DNA of 64,000 nucleotides. Source: an uncultured delta proteobacterium (lineage in GTDB: Bacteria; Myxococcota_A; UBA9160; UBA4427). The number at the start of each line of letters is the position of its first letter. Position 1 is the first letter of the stretch. The stretch is from NCBI GenBank assembly GCA_963822965.1, contig CAWGJT010000014.1, positions 256,001 to 320,000 of the forward strand. The letters are read 5' to 3'. Positions 18,614 through 28,270 of the stretch are shown here, one piece after another. A program made the translations under genes and the position numbers. The notes beneath the pieces were generated by a model. That model was given only the letters and a program-made list of their open reading frames with translations. It was not told the origin of the DNA and did no database searches.

Positions 18614-21001
18614 GTGACGCCGGCGCCGCCTCCACACACGGCCGTGCGGCCGAGCGCGCCCCTCGAGCTGGCACGATGGCCGCTGGCCTGCGCGATCTTC
18701 GCGGCGCTCGCGGCCGCGCTCTTCGCGCCCGTGCTGCTCGACGGAAGGACGCTCGCTCCCGGCGACGCGACGCTCTACTACTACCCGCACTACGTCGCGC
18801 GTCACTGGCTGTGGACGCCGGCGCTCTACTCCGGTTACCCGGTCTTCGCCGATCCCCAGGCGATGACCTGGTACCCCCCGGCCATGCTGCTCGGCGCGAT
18901 CCCGGGCTCCTGGAACCTGTTCGTCGTGCTCGCCTACGCGGTGGCCGGTGGCTCGATGTTCTGCTTCGTCCTGCGGCTCACGGGCTCGCGGTCGGCCGGG
19001 GCGGCGAGCGGGGTGGTCTATGCGGGGAGCGGCTTCGCGGTGGCCCATCTCGAGCACACCAGCATCCTGCACACATACGCGTGGGCGCCCCTCGTCCTGT
19101 GGTCTCTCGAAGAGCTGCGCCGATCCCCCTCTTCCCGGTGGCTGGCCCTCGGTGCCGTCGCGACGGCGCTGGCGGCGCTCGCTGGCCACCCCCAGGTCTT
19201 CGCGTATCTCGGCCTCGTGGCGCTGGGGTACGCGCTGCTGCCGGCGCCGCAGCAAGGGGGAGGGTGGCCCGACCGGATGCGTCCGATTGCCGCGCTGGTC
19301 CTGGGCGTCGGCATGGCGTCGGTGCTCTTCGTGCCGATGCTCGCGCTCGCCGGCGAGAGCGTCCGGAGCGCTGGGGCACCCGGCCGGGCCTTCGACGTTT
19401 CGCTCGCGCCGCACCAGCTCCCGCAGCTCCTCTTCCCCTTCCTCTACGGCGGCCAGGCGCATGTCGTGGGACTCGGGCCGGGCACCTACACCGGGGGCGA
19501 TTCCTGGATCGAGAGCACCGGCTTCGTCGGGCTCGTCCCGCTCGCGCTCGCCGGCCTCGCGATCTGGCTCCGACCGCGACGGGCGGAGGTGCGCTTCTTC
19601 GCCGTCGCGACGCTGCTGGCGCTGGCCGTCTGCGTCGGAGATGCCCTGCCGTTCGCGAAGCTTCTCGCGCTGCTGCCCGGCCTCGATCGCTTCCGCGTTC
19701 CGGCGCGGCTCCTCTTCGTGACGACCCTCTCGCTGTCGGTGCTCGCGGGCATCGGTCTGCAGGCGCTGTGGGCGCTGCCGAGACCGCAACGGAGTCGCAC
19801 GCTCCGGCGCGCCGTTCTGATCCTCGGCGGGGTCGGAGCGATCGCCTGGCTCGGCGCCGCGACGACGAGCGATCGAGCCGGCGGGATCCGCGCGAGCCCC
19901 TTGCTGCTGCTGCAGGTGGGCAGCGCTGCGCTTGCGGCGGCTCTCCTCTTCCTGGCGTGTCGCTACGCGCGGCCGGCCGTGCGCATGGCGTTCGTCGCGG
20001 GGCTCGCGCTCGAGCTGGCCAGCGTCGCGGCCTTCGCGCCCTGGCGCGATTCGCCCAAGGCGAGCGAGGCCTTCGCGTTTCCCGAGACTCTTCGCGGCGT
20101 GCACGACGACCTGGCACGCAGCCGCCAGCGCTCGGTGACACTGTCCGCCTTCGGCCCCCTCGAGACCGCGCCTCCCAACCGCAACCAGATCTGGGAGATC
20201 CCGAGCGTCATCGGCTATGGGCCGCTGCCTCTCGCCCGCTACGCCGATCTGCTTCGACTCGCGCCGGCGGGTCATCTCGGCCGTGCGGACGAGCTCGCGC
20301 GGGTACTCGGACCGAACGACCGCAGCCTCGACCTGCTGGCCACCCGCTATCTGCTGGTTCCCGGCGTGACGCGGCCCGGAGCCCGTCCCGACCTCTTCCA
20401 GCCCACTCGGGCGCTGGTCGAGCGGAGCGGTCGCTGGCGCCTGCACGCCGTCCACCGCGGCGTCAGCGTCTACGAGAACCTGCACGCCCTGCCTCGGGCC
20501 TGGATCGCGGGCGAGCTGCGTGCCGTCGGGTCGGACGAGGTGGTGGACGCGATTCGGCGCGGCCGGCTCCGCGACGGCACCCGCTTCGATCCGACGCGGA
20601 CCGCTCTCGTCGAGGAAGAGGCGCAGCCGCTCTCCTGTCCCGCTCCGTGCGGCAACGCGGAGATCGTGTCCCTGGTCGACACGCAGATGGTCGTGCGGAC
20701 CCGAGCCCGGAGCGGTGCGATGCTCGTCCTCAGCGACGTCGCCTATCCGGGCTGGCAGGCGCTCGTGGACGGCGAGCCGGCTCCGATCGTTCGCACCGAC
20801 TTCGTGTTGCGCGGCGTGCGGGTTCCGGCCGGCGAGCACCGCGTCGCGCTCTCGTTCCGGCCGCGGAGCCTGTTGCTCGGCGTGGGGCTCAGCGTCCTGT
20901 GCGCGGTGTCGCTGGCGCTCTGGTGCAGTCGCGCCGCGCGTCGTCACGCTGCCGCGTCGGGCGCGGTCAGTCCACCGCCACCATCACGTTCGACGCCTTG
21001 A
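18614..21001 (+). CDS. YfhO-family multi-pass membrane protein (GT-C-like); start uncertain
   Basis: 'GD...YYYP', 'LWTP..YSGYPVFADP', 'FRVPAR', C-terminal 'LVLSD..YPGW.A.VDG...GV.VPAGEH.V'. Confidence 0.8.
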   Translation: MTPAPPPHTAVRPSAPLELARWPLACAIFAALAAALFAPVLLDGRTLAPGDATLYYYPHYVARHWLWTPALYSGYPVFADPQAMTWYPPAMLLGAIPGSWNLFVVLAYAVAGGSMFCFVLRLTGSRSAGAASGVVYAGSGFAVAHLEHTSILHTYAWAPLVLWSLEELRRSPSSRWLALGAVATALAALAGHPQVFAYLGLVALGYALLPAPQQGGGWPDRMRPIAALVLGVGMASVLFVPMLALAGESVRSAGAPGRAFDVSLAPHQLPQLLFPFLYGGQAHVVGLGPGTYTGGDSWIESTGFVGLVPLALAGLAIWLRPRRAEVRFFAVATLLALAVCVGDALPFAKLLALLPGLDRFRVPARLLFVTTLSLSVLAGIGLQALWALPRPQRSRTLRRAVLILGGVGAIAWLGAATTSDRAGGIRASPLLLLQVGSAALAAALLFLACRYARPAVRMAFVAGLALELASVAAFAPWRDSPKASEAFAFPETLRGVHDDLARSRQRSVTLSAFGPLETAPPNRNQIWEIPSVIGYGPLPLARYADLLRLAPAGHLGRADELARVLGPNDRSLDLLATRYLLVPGVTRPGARPDLFQPTRALVERSGRWRLHAVHRGVSVYENLHALPRAWIAGELRAVGSDEVVDAIRRGRLRDGTRFDPTRTALVEEEAQPLSCPAPCGNAEIVSLVDTQMVVRTRARSGAMLVLSDVAYPGWQALVDGEPAPIVRTDFVLRGVRVPAGEHRVALSFRPRSLLLGVGLSVLCAVSLALWCSRAARRHAAASGAVSPPPPSRSTP

Positions 21002-21176
21002 CGACCGCCCAGGCTTCGCGCCCCGGCTCGAGCGCCATGCTCTCCGCCGAAGCGCGAGTGATGACGGAAACGATCTCGAGATCTCCCGGAAGCGCGATGA
21101 CGACGACCGAATTCACCGCCCCGTGCTCGACGGAGCGGACCCTTCCCTTGATCTGGTTCCGTGCGCTGAGCTTCAT
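20967..21176 (-). CDS. mop: molybdenum-pterin binding protein (Mop/TOBE domain)
   Basis: 'MKLSARNQIKG...GAVN...SVIT..S...L.L..G..A.AVVKASNV'; GAGGAG RBS. Confidence 0.9.
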   Translation of the reverse strand: MKLSARNQIKGRVRSVEHGAVNSVVVIALPGDLEIVSVITRASAESMALEPGREAWAVVKASNVMVAVD

Positions 21177-21198
21177 CGCTCTCCTCCTCGTTGCGCGA

Positions 21199-21739
21199 TC
21201 AGTCCGGGGGACGCTGGCTGGGCGGGAAGTGGGCGAGCATGCGGTTCATGGCGTCGCTCAGTCGGGCCCTGCGCTCCGCGGGCGAGAGACCCACGTGGAT
21301 CTGGGCTCGCCCGAAGCCCAGCCACACGCGCCGCCCGGTGGCGTTCTCCACCAGTAGCAGCGAGACCGATCCGAAGGCCCGCGACGCGTCGGGACCGAGG
21401 AAGGTACTGATCGAGTACTGATAGGAGAGCCGATAGTCCGGATTGCCGTCCGCGGTCACCCGGTAGCCGTGGGCCGCGAACGCCTCGTTGGCGACCTCCT
21501 TCAACAGCGCGTCGGTGGTCTCACGATCGAGGGTGGGAACGTCCGGTAGCGAGCTTGCGGCGTCGTCCCAGGCGTAGGTGGCTCGTGCGCGGAAACGGTA
21601 CGAGGGGATCGTAGTTCGTGCTGACGGGGATCGCGTCGCTCGAGCAGGCGAGCAGGCAGAGCAGTGCCCCCGGGACCAGGAGCAACCCGGATCTGGTGGC
21701 AGGCCGGGTGGGCTTCCGGATGCGCGAGCGCCGACTCAC
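21199..21739 (-). CDS. DUF4136-like lipoprotein, frameshifted near ~21520-21590
   Basis: Lipobox 'LLAC', 'STNYDP', C-terminal 'GRRVWLG...MLAHFPP'; split across ORFs 21521-21739 and 21199-21504. Confidence 0.65.
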
Positions 21740-22362
21740 GGCTTCTCCACGGCGATCGCGACCGCCTCGCTGTAGGTGATCTCGAGCAGATCGCCCACCT
21801 TCACCTTGTCGAGGTTCGCCGGATTCTGCACGGGCAGTGTACGCAGGCCGCCGTCGTCGAGCGCGACGGTGATCGTCTGTGCGTCCCGGTCGATGTCCTT
21901 CACGGTGGTGGTCACCGTGACCTGCGAGAGCGCCACGCCAGCGGGGGTGGAGCCCGGTGCCGCGGTCGCCATGCCGGTTTCCGCGGTCGCACCCGGCTTG
22001 GATTCCCCGGGCTTCCGCACCTGGAACACCAGCGATTCGTAGTAGGTGGCTCGCACCTGATCACCCGGGGCGACCTGGGCCAGGTTCTTCACGGAATCGG
22101 CGACCACCAGCTCGACCTCGCGCTTCCCGGGCAGGAGCAAGGTCACCCGGCGCGTGGCGTGATCGATCTTCTCGACGGTTGCAGTCACCTGGACGGCGTT
22201 CAGGTGCTCGACGCGATCGGCGCCCTCGATCGTTCCGGAGGCGCTGGCCGCCGTCGGCGTGGCCGGCATCCGCGTGGGAGACGAGCTCGGCATGTCCGAG
22301 GAGCAGGCCACGAGCGCAGCCGCGGCGAGCGCCGCAAGGACGGAGGGCGTGAGAGGATTCAT
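21736..22362 (-). CDS. lipoprotein with two repeated OB-fold-like beta modules
   Basis: Lipobox 'LVAC'; internal duplication 'ATVEKIDHATRRVTL...QVAPGDQV.ATY' / 'TTVKDIDRDAQTITV...KVKVGDLL.ITY'. Confidence 0.75.
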   Translation of the reverse strand: MNPLTPSVLAALAAAALVACSSDMPSSSPTRMPATPTAASASGTIEGADRVEHLNAVQVTATVEKIDHATRRVTLLLPGKREVELVVADSVKNLAQVAPGDQVRATYYESLVFQVRKPGESKPGATAETGMATAAPGSTPAGVALSQVTVTTTVKDIDRDAQTITVALDDGGLRTLPVQNPANLDKVKVGDLLEITYSEAVAIAVEKP

Positions 22363-22481
22363 CGGAGGTCTCCTGGGGTCCGGTCGGGGCGCGCACGGTA
22401 GCGCGCGCCGCGTGCGATGCTAGGCCCGGGCTCGCTACGCCTTCGAGGTACCCGGGCCTTCGCGGCAGGGCTCGCCGGGGC

Positions 22482-22937
22482 TCAGCGCTCCGCGCGGGCC
22501 GCGAGCACGTCGCCGTGCCCGATCTGGGTCACCAGGCTCGCGGAATCGAAGTAGACCCGCTCGTTCACGATGCGGTCGCCCTCGAAGAAGAAGACCGCGA
22601 TGACCGGCACCCGGAAGGCGCGTCCGCTCGGGGGGCGACCGTAGAACTCGCCGTCGTTGGTTCCCAGCAGGTCGAACTCGGCGATCACGGCATCGTCGGC
22701 GAAGTGCAGGCGCACGTTCTCGTGGCGCTGATCGGGAAAAGCGGTCCGGGTGGTGCGGTAGTAGCCCATCACGGCGTCGGCGCCGTCGAAGACCTGCCCG
22801 GTGGGCACGATCTCGTAGCGCGGGGAATGGTGCGGATGGTCGAAGGTCGCGAGGGTGCGGTCGAACTCCTGGGCCGCCTCCGACTCGAAGTGCTCGCGCA
22901 CCACCCGCTCGCGTCGCGCTCGCAGGGCCGGATCCAT
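22482..22937 (-). CDS. SnoaL-like ester cyclase (NTF2 fold)
   Basis: 'AFPD', 'GT..G...G.PPSGR.F.VP...F.F....I..ERVYFD'. Confidence 0.85.
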   Translation of the reverse strand: MDPALRARRERVVREHFESEAAQEFDRTLATFDHPHHSPRYEIVPTGQVFDGADAVMGYYRTTRTAFPDQRHENVRLHFADDAVIAEFDLLGTNDGEFYGRPPSGRAFRVPVIAVFFFEGDRIVNERVYFDSASLVTQIGHGDVLAARAER

Positions 22938-22964
22938 GAGGGTCTCCCCGGGCTCGTCGCCCGT

Positions 22965-24227
22965 TCAGCGCAGCGACAGGTCGAGCCGCTTCAGGCCGCG
23001 CAGGACGGGATTCTCGCGGTACTCGGGGGCGTCGTCCAGCAGGGCCAGGGCGGGGAAGCGCGAGACCAGGGCGGCCAGGGCCACCTGCGCCTCGAGCCGG
23101 GCCAGGGGCGCACCCATGCAGAAGTGGGTGGCGAAGCCGAAGGCGAGGTGCGCGTTCGGATCGCGGCCCACGTCGAGGGTGTCGGGCGCGTCGAACACCT
23201 CGGGGTCGCGGTTGGCGGCGCCCAGACTCACGAGCACGACCGAGCCCTGGGGGATCACGTGCTCGCCCACCTCGACGTCCTCGAGCGCCACGCGCACGGT
23301 CGCCTGGACGGGGCCGTCGAAGCGCAGCAGCTCCTCGACGGCGGTCGGCACGAGTGCCGGGTCTTCGCGCAGCCGCTCGAGCTGATCGGGCTCGCGCAGC
23401 AGCGCCAGGGTGCCGTTGCCGATCAGGTTCGTGGTGGTCTCGTGGCCGGCCAGCAGCAGCAGGTTGGAGGTGGCGAGCAGCTCGGCGTCGCTGAGCGCGT
23501 CGCTCTCCTCCTGGGCGTGGATCATGGCGCTGATGAGATCGTCGCGGGGCTGCTTCCGGCGGGCTGCGATGATGTCGCCGAGGTAGGCGAGGATCTGCAT
23601 CCCGGCGCCGGTGGCCCGGCCGCGTTCTTCGTCGGTTCGTGCGGCGATGGCGGCGATGAGCTGGCTGGACCACTGACGGAACTGGCGGTGGTCCTCGGCC
23701 GGGACGCCCAGCAGCTCGGCGATCACGATGGCCGGAAGCGGCTCGGCGAGGTCGTGGATGAGATCGAAGCGATCCGCCTCCGCCACGGCGTCGAGCTCTT
23801 CGCGGACGAGCTGCTCGATGCGCGGGCGCAGGGCGGCGATTCGCTTCGGCGTGAAGGCCTTGTTGACGAGCTTGCGCACCCGGGTGTGGTCGGGCGGGTC
23901 CATGATGAGCATGGAGCGCATTCCCCGGGCGCTCTGCTGGATGAACGCCGGCAGCCGCTCGAGGTTGTCGCGGATGAGCGGCGCCTTCAGGCGATCCACC
24001 GAGAAGCGCGGGATCGCGCAGCACGCCGTGCACGTCCCGGTAGCGGGTGAGCAGCCAGAAGCCGGGGCCGTCGAAGGCCGGCGTCGGGACGCGGAGGACG
24101 GGGTGCACGGTGCGCAGCAGCGAGTAGACGGGGTAGGGGTTCTCGAGGGAGCCCGCGCTGCGCAGGGGCAGCAGCAGATCGAACGGGCGGCGGCTCGGGC
24201 GTCGGGACGGGAGACGGGAGATGCCAT
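22965..24227 (-). CDS. cytochrome P450, frameshifted near the 5' end (~24015, ~24185)
   Basis: 'MDPPDHTRVR', 'AGHETT', 'EELLR', 'FGFATHFCMG'. Confidence 0.9.
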   Translation of the reverse strand: MASPVSRPDARAAARSICCCPCAARAPSRTPTPSTRCCAPCTPSSASRRRPSTAPASGCSPATGTCTACCAIPRFSVDRLKAPLIRDNLERLPAFIQQSARGMRSMLIMDPPDHTRVRKLVNKAFTPKRIAALRPRIEQLVREELDAVAEADRFDLIHDLAEPLPAIVIAELLGVPAEDHRQFRQWSSQLIAAIAARTDEERGRATGAGMQILAYLGDIIAARRKQPRDDLISAMIHAQEESDALSDAELLATSNLLLLAGHETTTNLIGNGTLALLREPDQLERLREDPALVPTAVEELLRFDGPVQATVRVALEDVEVGEHVIPQGSVVLVSLGAANRDPEVFDAPDTLDVGRDPNAHLAFGFATHFCMGAPLARLEAQVALAALVSRFPALALLDDAPEYRENPVLRGLKRLDLSLR

Positions 24228-24284
24228 GGCGACCTCGCGGACCGTGGGTGGGCCGATCGCTCGCGTCGTACTCGGGTCGCTAAG

Positions 24285-24304
24285 ATGACTGACCGGTTGG
24301 TCAT
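24285..24304. promoter_or_regulatory. putative TetR operator (imperfect palindrome) between divergent P450 and TetR genes
   Basis: ATGACTGACCGGTTGGTCAT matches its reverse complement at 16/20 positions; 8 bp before the TetR ATG. Confidence 0.7.
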
Positions 24305-24312
24305 GATAAGGT

Positions 24313-24958
24313 ATGGCCAAGATCCCCGCAAGCGAGCGAGACGCCTTCTACGAGGCCCGCCGGAGCGAGCTCGCCGCGGTGGCGCTGCGGCTCTGGGCCG
24401 AGCGGGGCTTCGACCAGACGTCGGTGGCGGCCATCGCCGAGGAGCGCGGGCGTCGCCAAGGGCACCTTCTATCTCTACTTCGAGAGCAAGGACGCCCTCC
24501 TCGAGGACGTCCTGCGCCGCAACTCGCTGGTGCCGAACATCCAGGAGCTGATCGAAGACCTGCAGCACCGCTCCCTCGACGACGCGGTGCACGGCTTCGT
24601 GCGGGGCGCCTGGCGCCACCTGTGCGACCACCGCGAGCTGGTGCTGGTGGCGGTGCGCGAGCTGCCCACGCATCTCGAGCAGGTCGAGCGGCTGGTCGAG
24701 CGCGTGCTGGTCCCCGCCAACCGTCTGCTGGCCGAATACCTCGAGGCGCGCATCGATCCGGAACGGGCAAAGCAGATCTCCCTGGTCATCTCGGCGCGGG
24801 GCCTGCTCGGGATGATCCTCTTCGTCTTCCTCACCCAGGAGGTGCTCGGCGTCGGCCGCTTCCTGCCCGTGTCGGAGGGGGAGCTGACCGCGACCCTCGC
24901 GGAGCTCTTCCTGCACGGACTGAAGGGGCGATCGAACGGAGCCTCCGACCCGTGCTGA
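24313..24958 (+). CDS. TetR/AcrR family regulator, frameshifted near ~24447
   Basis: 'ERGFDQTSVAAIAE..GVAKGTFYLYFESKDAL' HTH reconstructed across the frameshift. Confidence 0.85.
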
Positions 24959-26220
24959 GACACGTTCGTGCCTATCGCATGCTGCGGGTGGCGATCGCGG
25001 TGACCCGCGGTGATGCCCCGCTACGTGCTGCTGGTGCTGCGCGAACGCTTCCCGCGTCTCGCGGCCTCGCAGGTCGGCCTGGGACCGCGTCCACGCCGCG
25101 GCGCGGAGCAGATCCGGCGGCTGGCGCTCGACCTCGCCGGAGGATTCACGAAGGCCGCGCAGATCGGGGGCGCCCGGGCCGACGTCCTGCCCGCGCCCTT
25201 CATCGACGCTCTGAGCCAGTTCCACGACGCCGTGCCCCCGCGTCCCTTCGCGTCCCTGCGCGGCCAGGTCGAGCAGGATCTCGGCCGTCCCCTCGAGTCG
25301 GTCTTCGCCTGGGTCGAGCCCCAGGCGCTGGCGGCCGCCTCCCTCGCCCAGGTGCATCGGGCGCGGCTGCTCGATGGCAGCGAGGTCGTGATCAAGATCC
25401 AGTATCCGGAGATCCGACGCATCATCCCCCTCGACCTCGGGATGCTGCGGACCGTCGTCGGGCTGATCCGCGTCGTGCAGCGACGGATCGACCTGCGCAG
25501 CCTGGTCGGCCGAGGTGACGCGCTTCATCGAGCTGGAGCTCGACTTCCGGCGGGAGGTGGAGGCCACGGAGCGCCTGGGCGCCATCCTCGCCGCGTTTCC
25601 GGACGTGCGCGTGCCGCGGGTGCATCGCGAGCTGTGCGGTGATCGGGTGATCGTGCTCGAGTACCTCGACGGCATCCAGGTGACCCGCATCCGCTGCGCT
25701 CGTGGAGGCGGGACACAAGCCTGGCGGAGATCGCCCGAAAGATCGGCGCTCTCTACGGCGCCATGATCTTCGAGTGCGGCTTCTTCCACGGCGACCCGCA
25801 CCCGGGCAACCTGCTGGTGCTGGCCGACGGGCGCATCGGGCTGCTCGACTTCGGTCTCTGCAAGGACCTGCCGAAGGGCTTCGCGCGGCGGGTCGCGCAG
25901 ATGATGATCTCGGCCATGATCGGCGACGCGCGACGCGGCTCTCGAGGCCGCGGCGGCGCTGGGCTTCGAGACCGGCGCCATCCGGCCCGATCACCTGCGC
26001 TCGCTCCTGCTGCTGATGATCGGCGACTCGGATTCGGACGAGAGCCTGCTCGACATCCTCGGGCGCGAGCCGCATCCGCCGGATTCCCGAGGACTTCGCG
26101 CTCGTCGTCCGCACCCTCGATGCTGCTGAACGGGCTCTCCCACCGCCTGGTCCCCGGATCGGCGGCTCATCCAGGCGGAGCTGATCCAGCACCTGGCCGC
26201 CGGCGCCGCCGCGCGCCTGA
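24952..26220 (+). CDS. AarF/UbiB/ABC1 atypical kinase, multiply frameshifted
   Basis: 'KAAQ', 'AAASLAQVHRA', 'VIKIQYP', 'ELDFRRE', 'FFHGDPHPGN', 'LDFG' across ORFs 25010, 25515 and 25763. Confidence 0.85.
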
Positions 26221-26294
26221 GCGCCCTCGGAGAGCCCCGGCCCCCGGGTCCCACGGCGGGGAGGGGCGCGCGGCTCCGGCTGATCTACGTTCCG

Positions 26295-27101
26295 GTGTCA
26301 TGCCGACCTCGTGGAACCGTCCTCGTCACGGGCGCTTCGGCCGGGATCGGCCGCGAGCTGGCCCGCGTCTTCGCCGCGCACGGGCACGATCTGGTGCTGG
26401 TGGCCCGCAGCCAGGATCGTCTCGAGTCCCTCGCCGCCGAGATCCGTCGTCGCTACGAGCGCGACGTGCGGGTGCTGCCGCGCGACCTGCTGGGGCCCGG
26501 CGCGCCCGAGGCGATCTTCTCCACGCTGGAAGCCGCGGGCGTCGAGGTGGACGTACTCGTGAACGACGCGGGTGTGATGGAGCTCGGAGGCTTCGAGGCG
26601 ACGCCGCTCGCCGCGCTCGAACGCATGGTCGAGCTGAACACCCGCGTCCTGACCAGTCTCACCCGACTCTTCCTGCCTGCCATGCGGGAGCGGGGCCGGG
26701 GTCGCATCCTCAACGTCGCGTCGGCCGCCGCCTTCCAGCCGATTCCGGCGCTGGCGGTCTATGCGGCCACCAAGGCGTTCGTGCTCTCGCTCAGCGAGGC
26801 CCTCTCCGAGGAGCTCGCGGGAACCGGCGTCACGGTCACGGCCGTGTGTCCCGGCCTCACGACCACCGACATGACCGACAAGGCGAAGGCCGCGAACTCG
26901 AACGCCGCCTACTTCCCCGACTTCCTGATGGCCGACGCCGGAGACGTGGCCCGCGCCGCCTACCGGGCTTGCGAAGCCGGCCGGGTGATCGAGGTGCCGG
27001 GCCTCACCAATCGGGTGCTGACCGACTGGTCGCGGCTTCAGCCGCGTTGGGTGACCCGCATGCTCGGGGGACTCGTGGGCCGGCGCTTCCTGGGGTCGTG
27101 A
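26295..27101 (+). CDS. short-chain dehydrogenase/reductase
   Basis: 'TGASAGIG', 'NDAG', catalytic 'YAATK'. Confidence 0.9.
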   Translation: MSCRPRGTVLVTGASAGIGRELARVFAAHGHDLVLVARSQDRLESLAAEIRRRYERDVRVLPRDLLGPGAPEAIFSTLEAAGVEVDVLVNDAGVMELGGFEATPLAALERMVELNTRVLTSLTRLFLPAMRERGRGRILNVASAAAFQPIPALAVYAATKAFVLSLSEALSEELAGTGVTVTAVCPGLTTTDMTDKAKAANSNAAYFPDFLMADAGDVARAAYRACEAGRVIEVPGLTNRVLTDWSRLQPRWVTRMLGGLVGRRFLGS

Positions 27102-27110
27102 GCCCGGGGC

Positions 27111-27725
27111 GTGGCGGTACCCTGCCCGCGCTGTGGGCGTGAGTACGACGTCACGCTCTTCGAATTCGGTCGCACCCTCTGGTGCACCTGCGGCAGCCGC
27201 GTCGGCCTGGAGCCGCGCGAGCGCCGTCTGGCGCCCGCGCCGCCGCGATTCTTCGCCGACGCCATGCTGGGCCGACTCGCGCGCTGGCTGCGCCTGCTGG
27301 GCTTCGACTGCGCCTGGGAGGCTGACATCGCCGACGAGGCCCTGGTGCGCCGGGCCCTGGCCGAGGGCCGCGTCGTGCTCACCCGCGACCGCCGGCTTCC
27401 CGAGGAGTGGCGCGTCTCGGGCCTCCACCTCGTCGAAGGCGAGCGGGTCCGGGACCAGCTCGCCGAGGTGATCCGCGGCTTCGACCTCGCCGGCTCGATC
27501 CGCCTGCTCTCGCGCTGCAGCCGTTGCAACGAGCCGCTCGCACCCGCTGCGCCCATGGACGTGGCGGCACGGGTCCCGCCCCGCGTCCTCGAGCGGCACG
27601 GCGACTACTCGGCCTGCCCGGCGTGTGGGCGCATCTACTGGCCCGGCACCCACGCCGAGCGCATCCGGCGCATGGTGGACGAGCTCCTCGGCCGGGGCGG
27701 CGGCGCCGCCGGGCCGGGCCCCTGA
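27111..27725 (+). CDS. Mut7-C RNase (DUF82/PIN-like) protein with extra N-terminal Zn-ribbon
   Basis: 'DAMLGRLARWLRLLGFD', 'LTRD', 'RCSRCN', 'CPACGRIYWPGTH'; N-terminal CPRC...CTC. Confidence 0.85.
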   Translation: MAVPCPRCGREYDVTLFEFGRTLWCTCGSRVGLEPRERRLAPAPPRFFADAMLGRLARWLRLLGFDCAWEADIADEALVRRALAEGRVVLTRDRRLPEEWRVSGLHLVEGERVRDQLAEVIRGFDLAGSIRLLSRCSRCNEPLAPAAPMDVAARVPPRVLERHGDYSACPACGRIYWPGTHAERIRRMVDELLGRGGGAAGPGP

Positions 27726-27814
27726 GAGCCCCGGCGGGTGCCGTTAGGTCGGGTCGAGAACGCAGGGTGTATTTCTCCGGCTCCAGGGTACGATCTGCGG
27801 CCCGGAGGTTCTTC

Positions 27815-28270
27815 ATGACGAGAGCGTGGATCTGCCTGTTCCTGACGCTGCTGCTCGCGGTCCCGCTGGGCTGCTCCAGCTTCAAGTCGTCGTCGAGTCC
27901 CTCGCGCTGGAGCGGGCAGTCCAGCAAGGCCTCGTCGAGCCCCTCCCGCTGGAGCAGCCAGTCCTCGGGCGGCGGCGGGGGCCAGGAGCTCGACGAGTCG
28001 GCCTACGAGGAGGACGTCCGCGAGATGGCCGCCTCGGTCGCAGAGAGCGGCGGCCGCGCCGCCGAGCTCATGCGCCGTATGCCGCAGATCGCCACCGAAC
28101 ACGGCATCACCGACTGGGAGGGCGATGCGGCCACCTACCGCGGCATCGGCGCAGGGCTGGCCCAGGGTGGTCTGTCTGTGGACGCCTTCGAGCGGGTGAG
28201 CCGGGATCTCTCGGCGGGCAGCGACGTGCGCAGCCGGCTGCTGCTCGAGGGATACTCATCCGGGCGGTGA
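27815..28270 (+). CDS. Ser-rich putative lipoprotein
   Basis: Signal peptide with lipobox 'PLGC', Ser-rich repeat, helical domain with 'HGITDWE'; stop overlaps the next start (GTGA). Confidence 0.75.
   Translation: MTRAWICLFLTLLLAVPLGCSSFKSSSSPSRWSGQSSKASSSPSRWSSQSSGGGGGQELDESAYEEDVREMAASVAESGGRAAELMRRMPQIATEHGITDWEGDAATYRGIGAGLAQGGLSVDAFERVSRDLSAGSDVRSRLLLEGYSSGR
27884..27967 (+). repeat. in-frame 42-bp (14-aa) tandem duplication
   Basis: KSSSSPSRWSGQSS / KASSSPSRWSSQSS. Confidence 0.7.
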
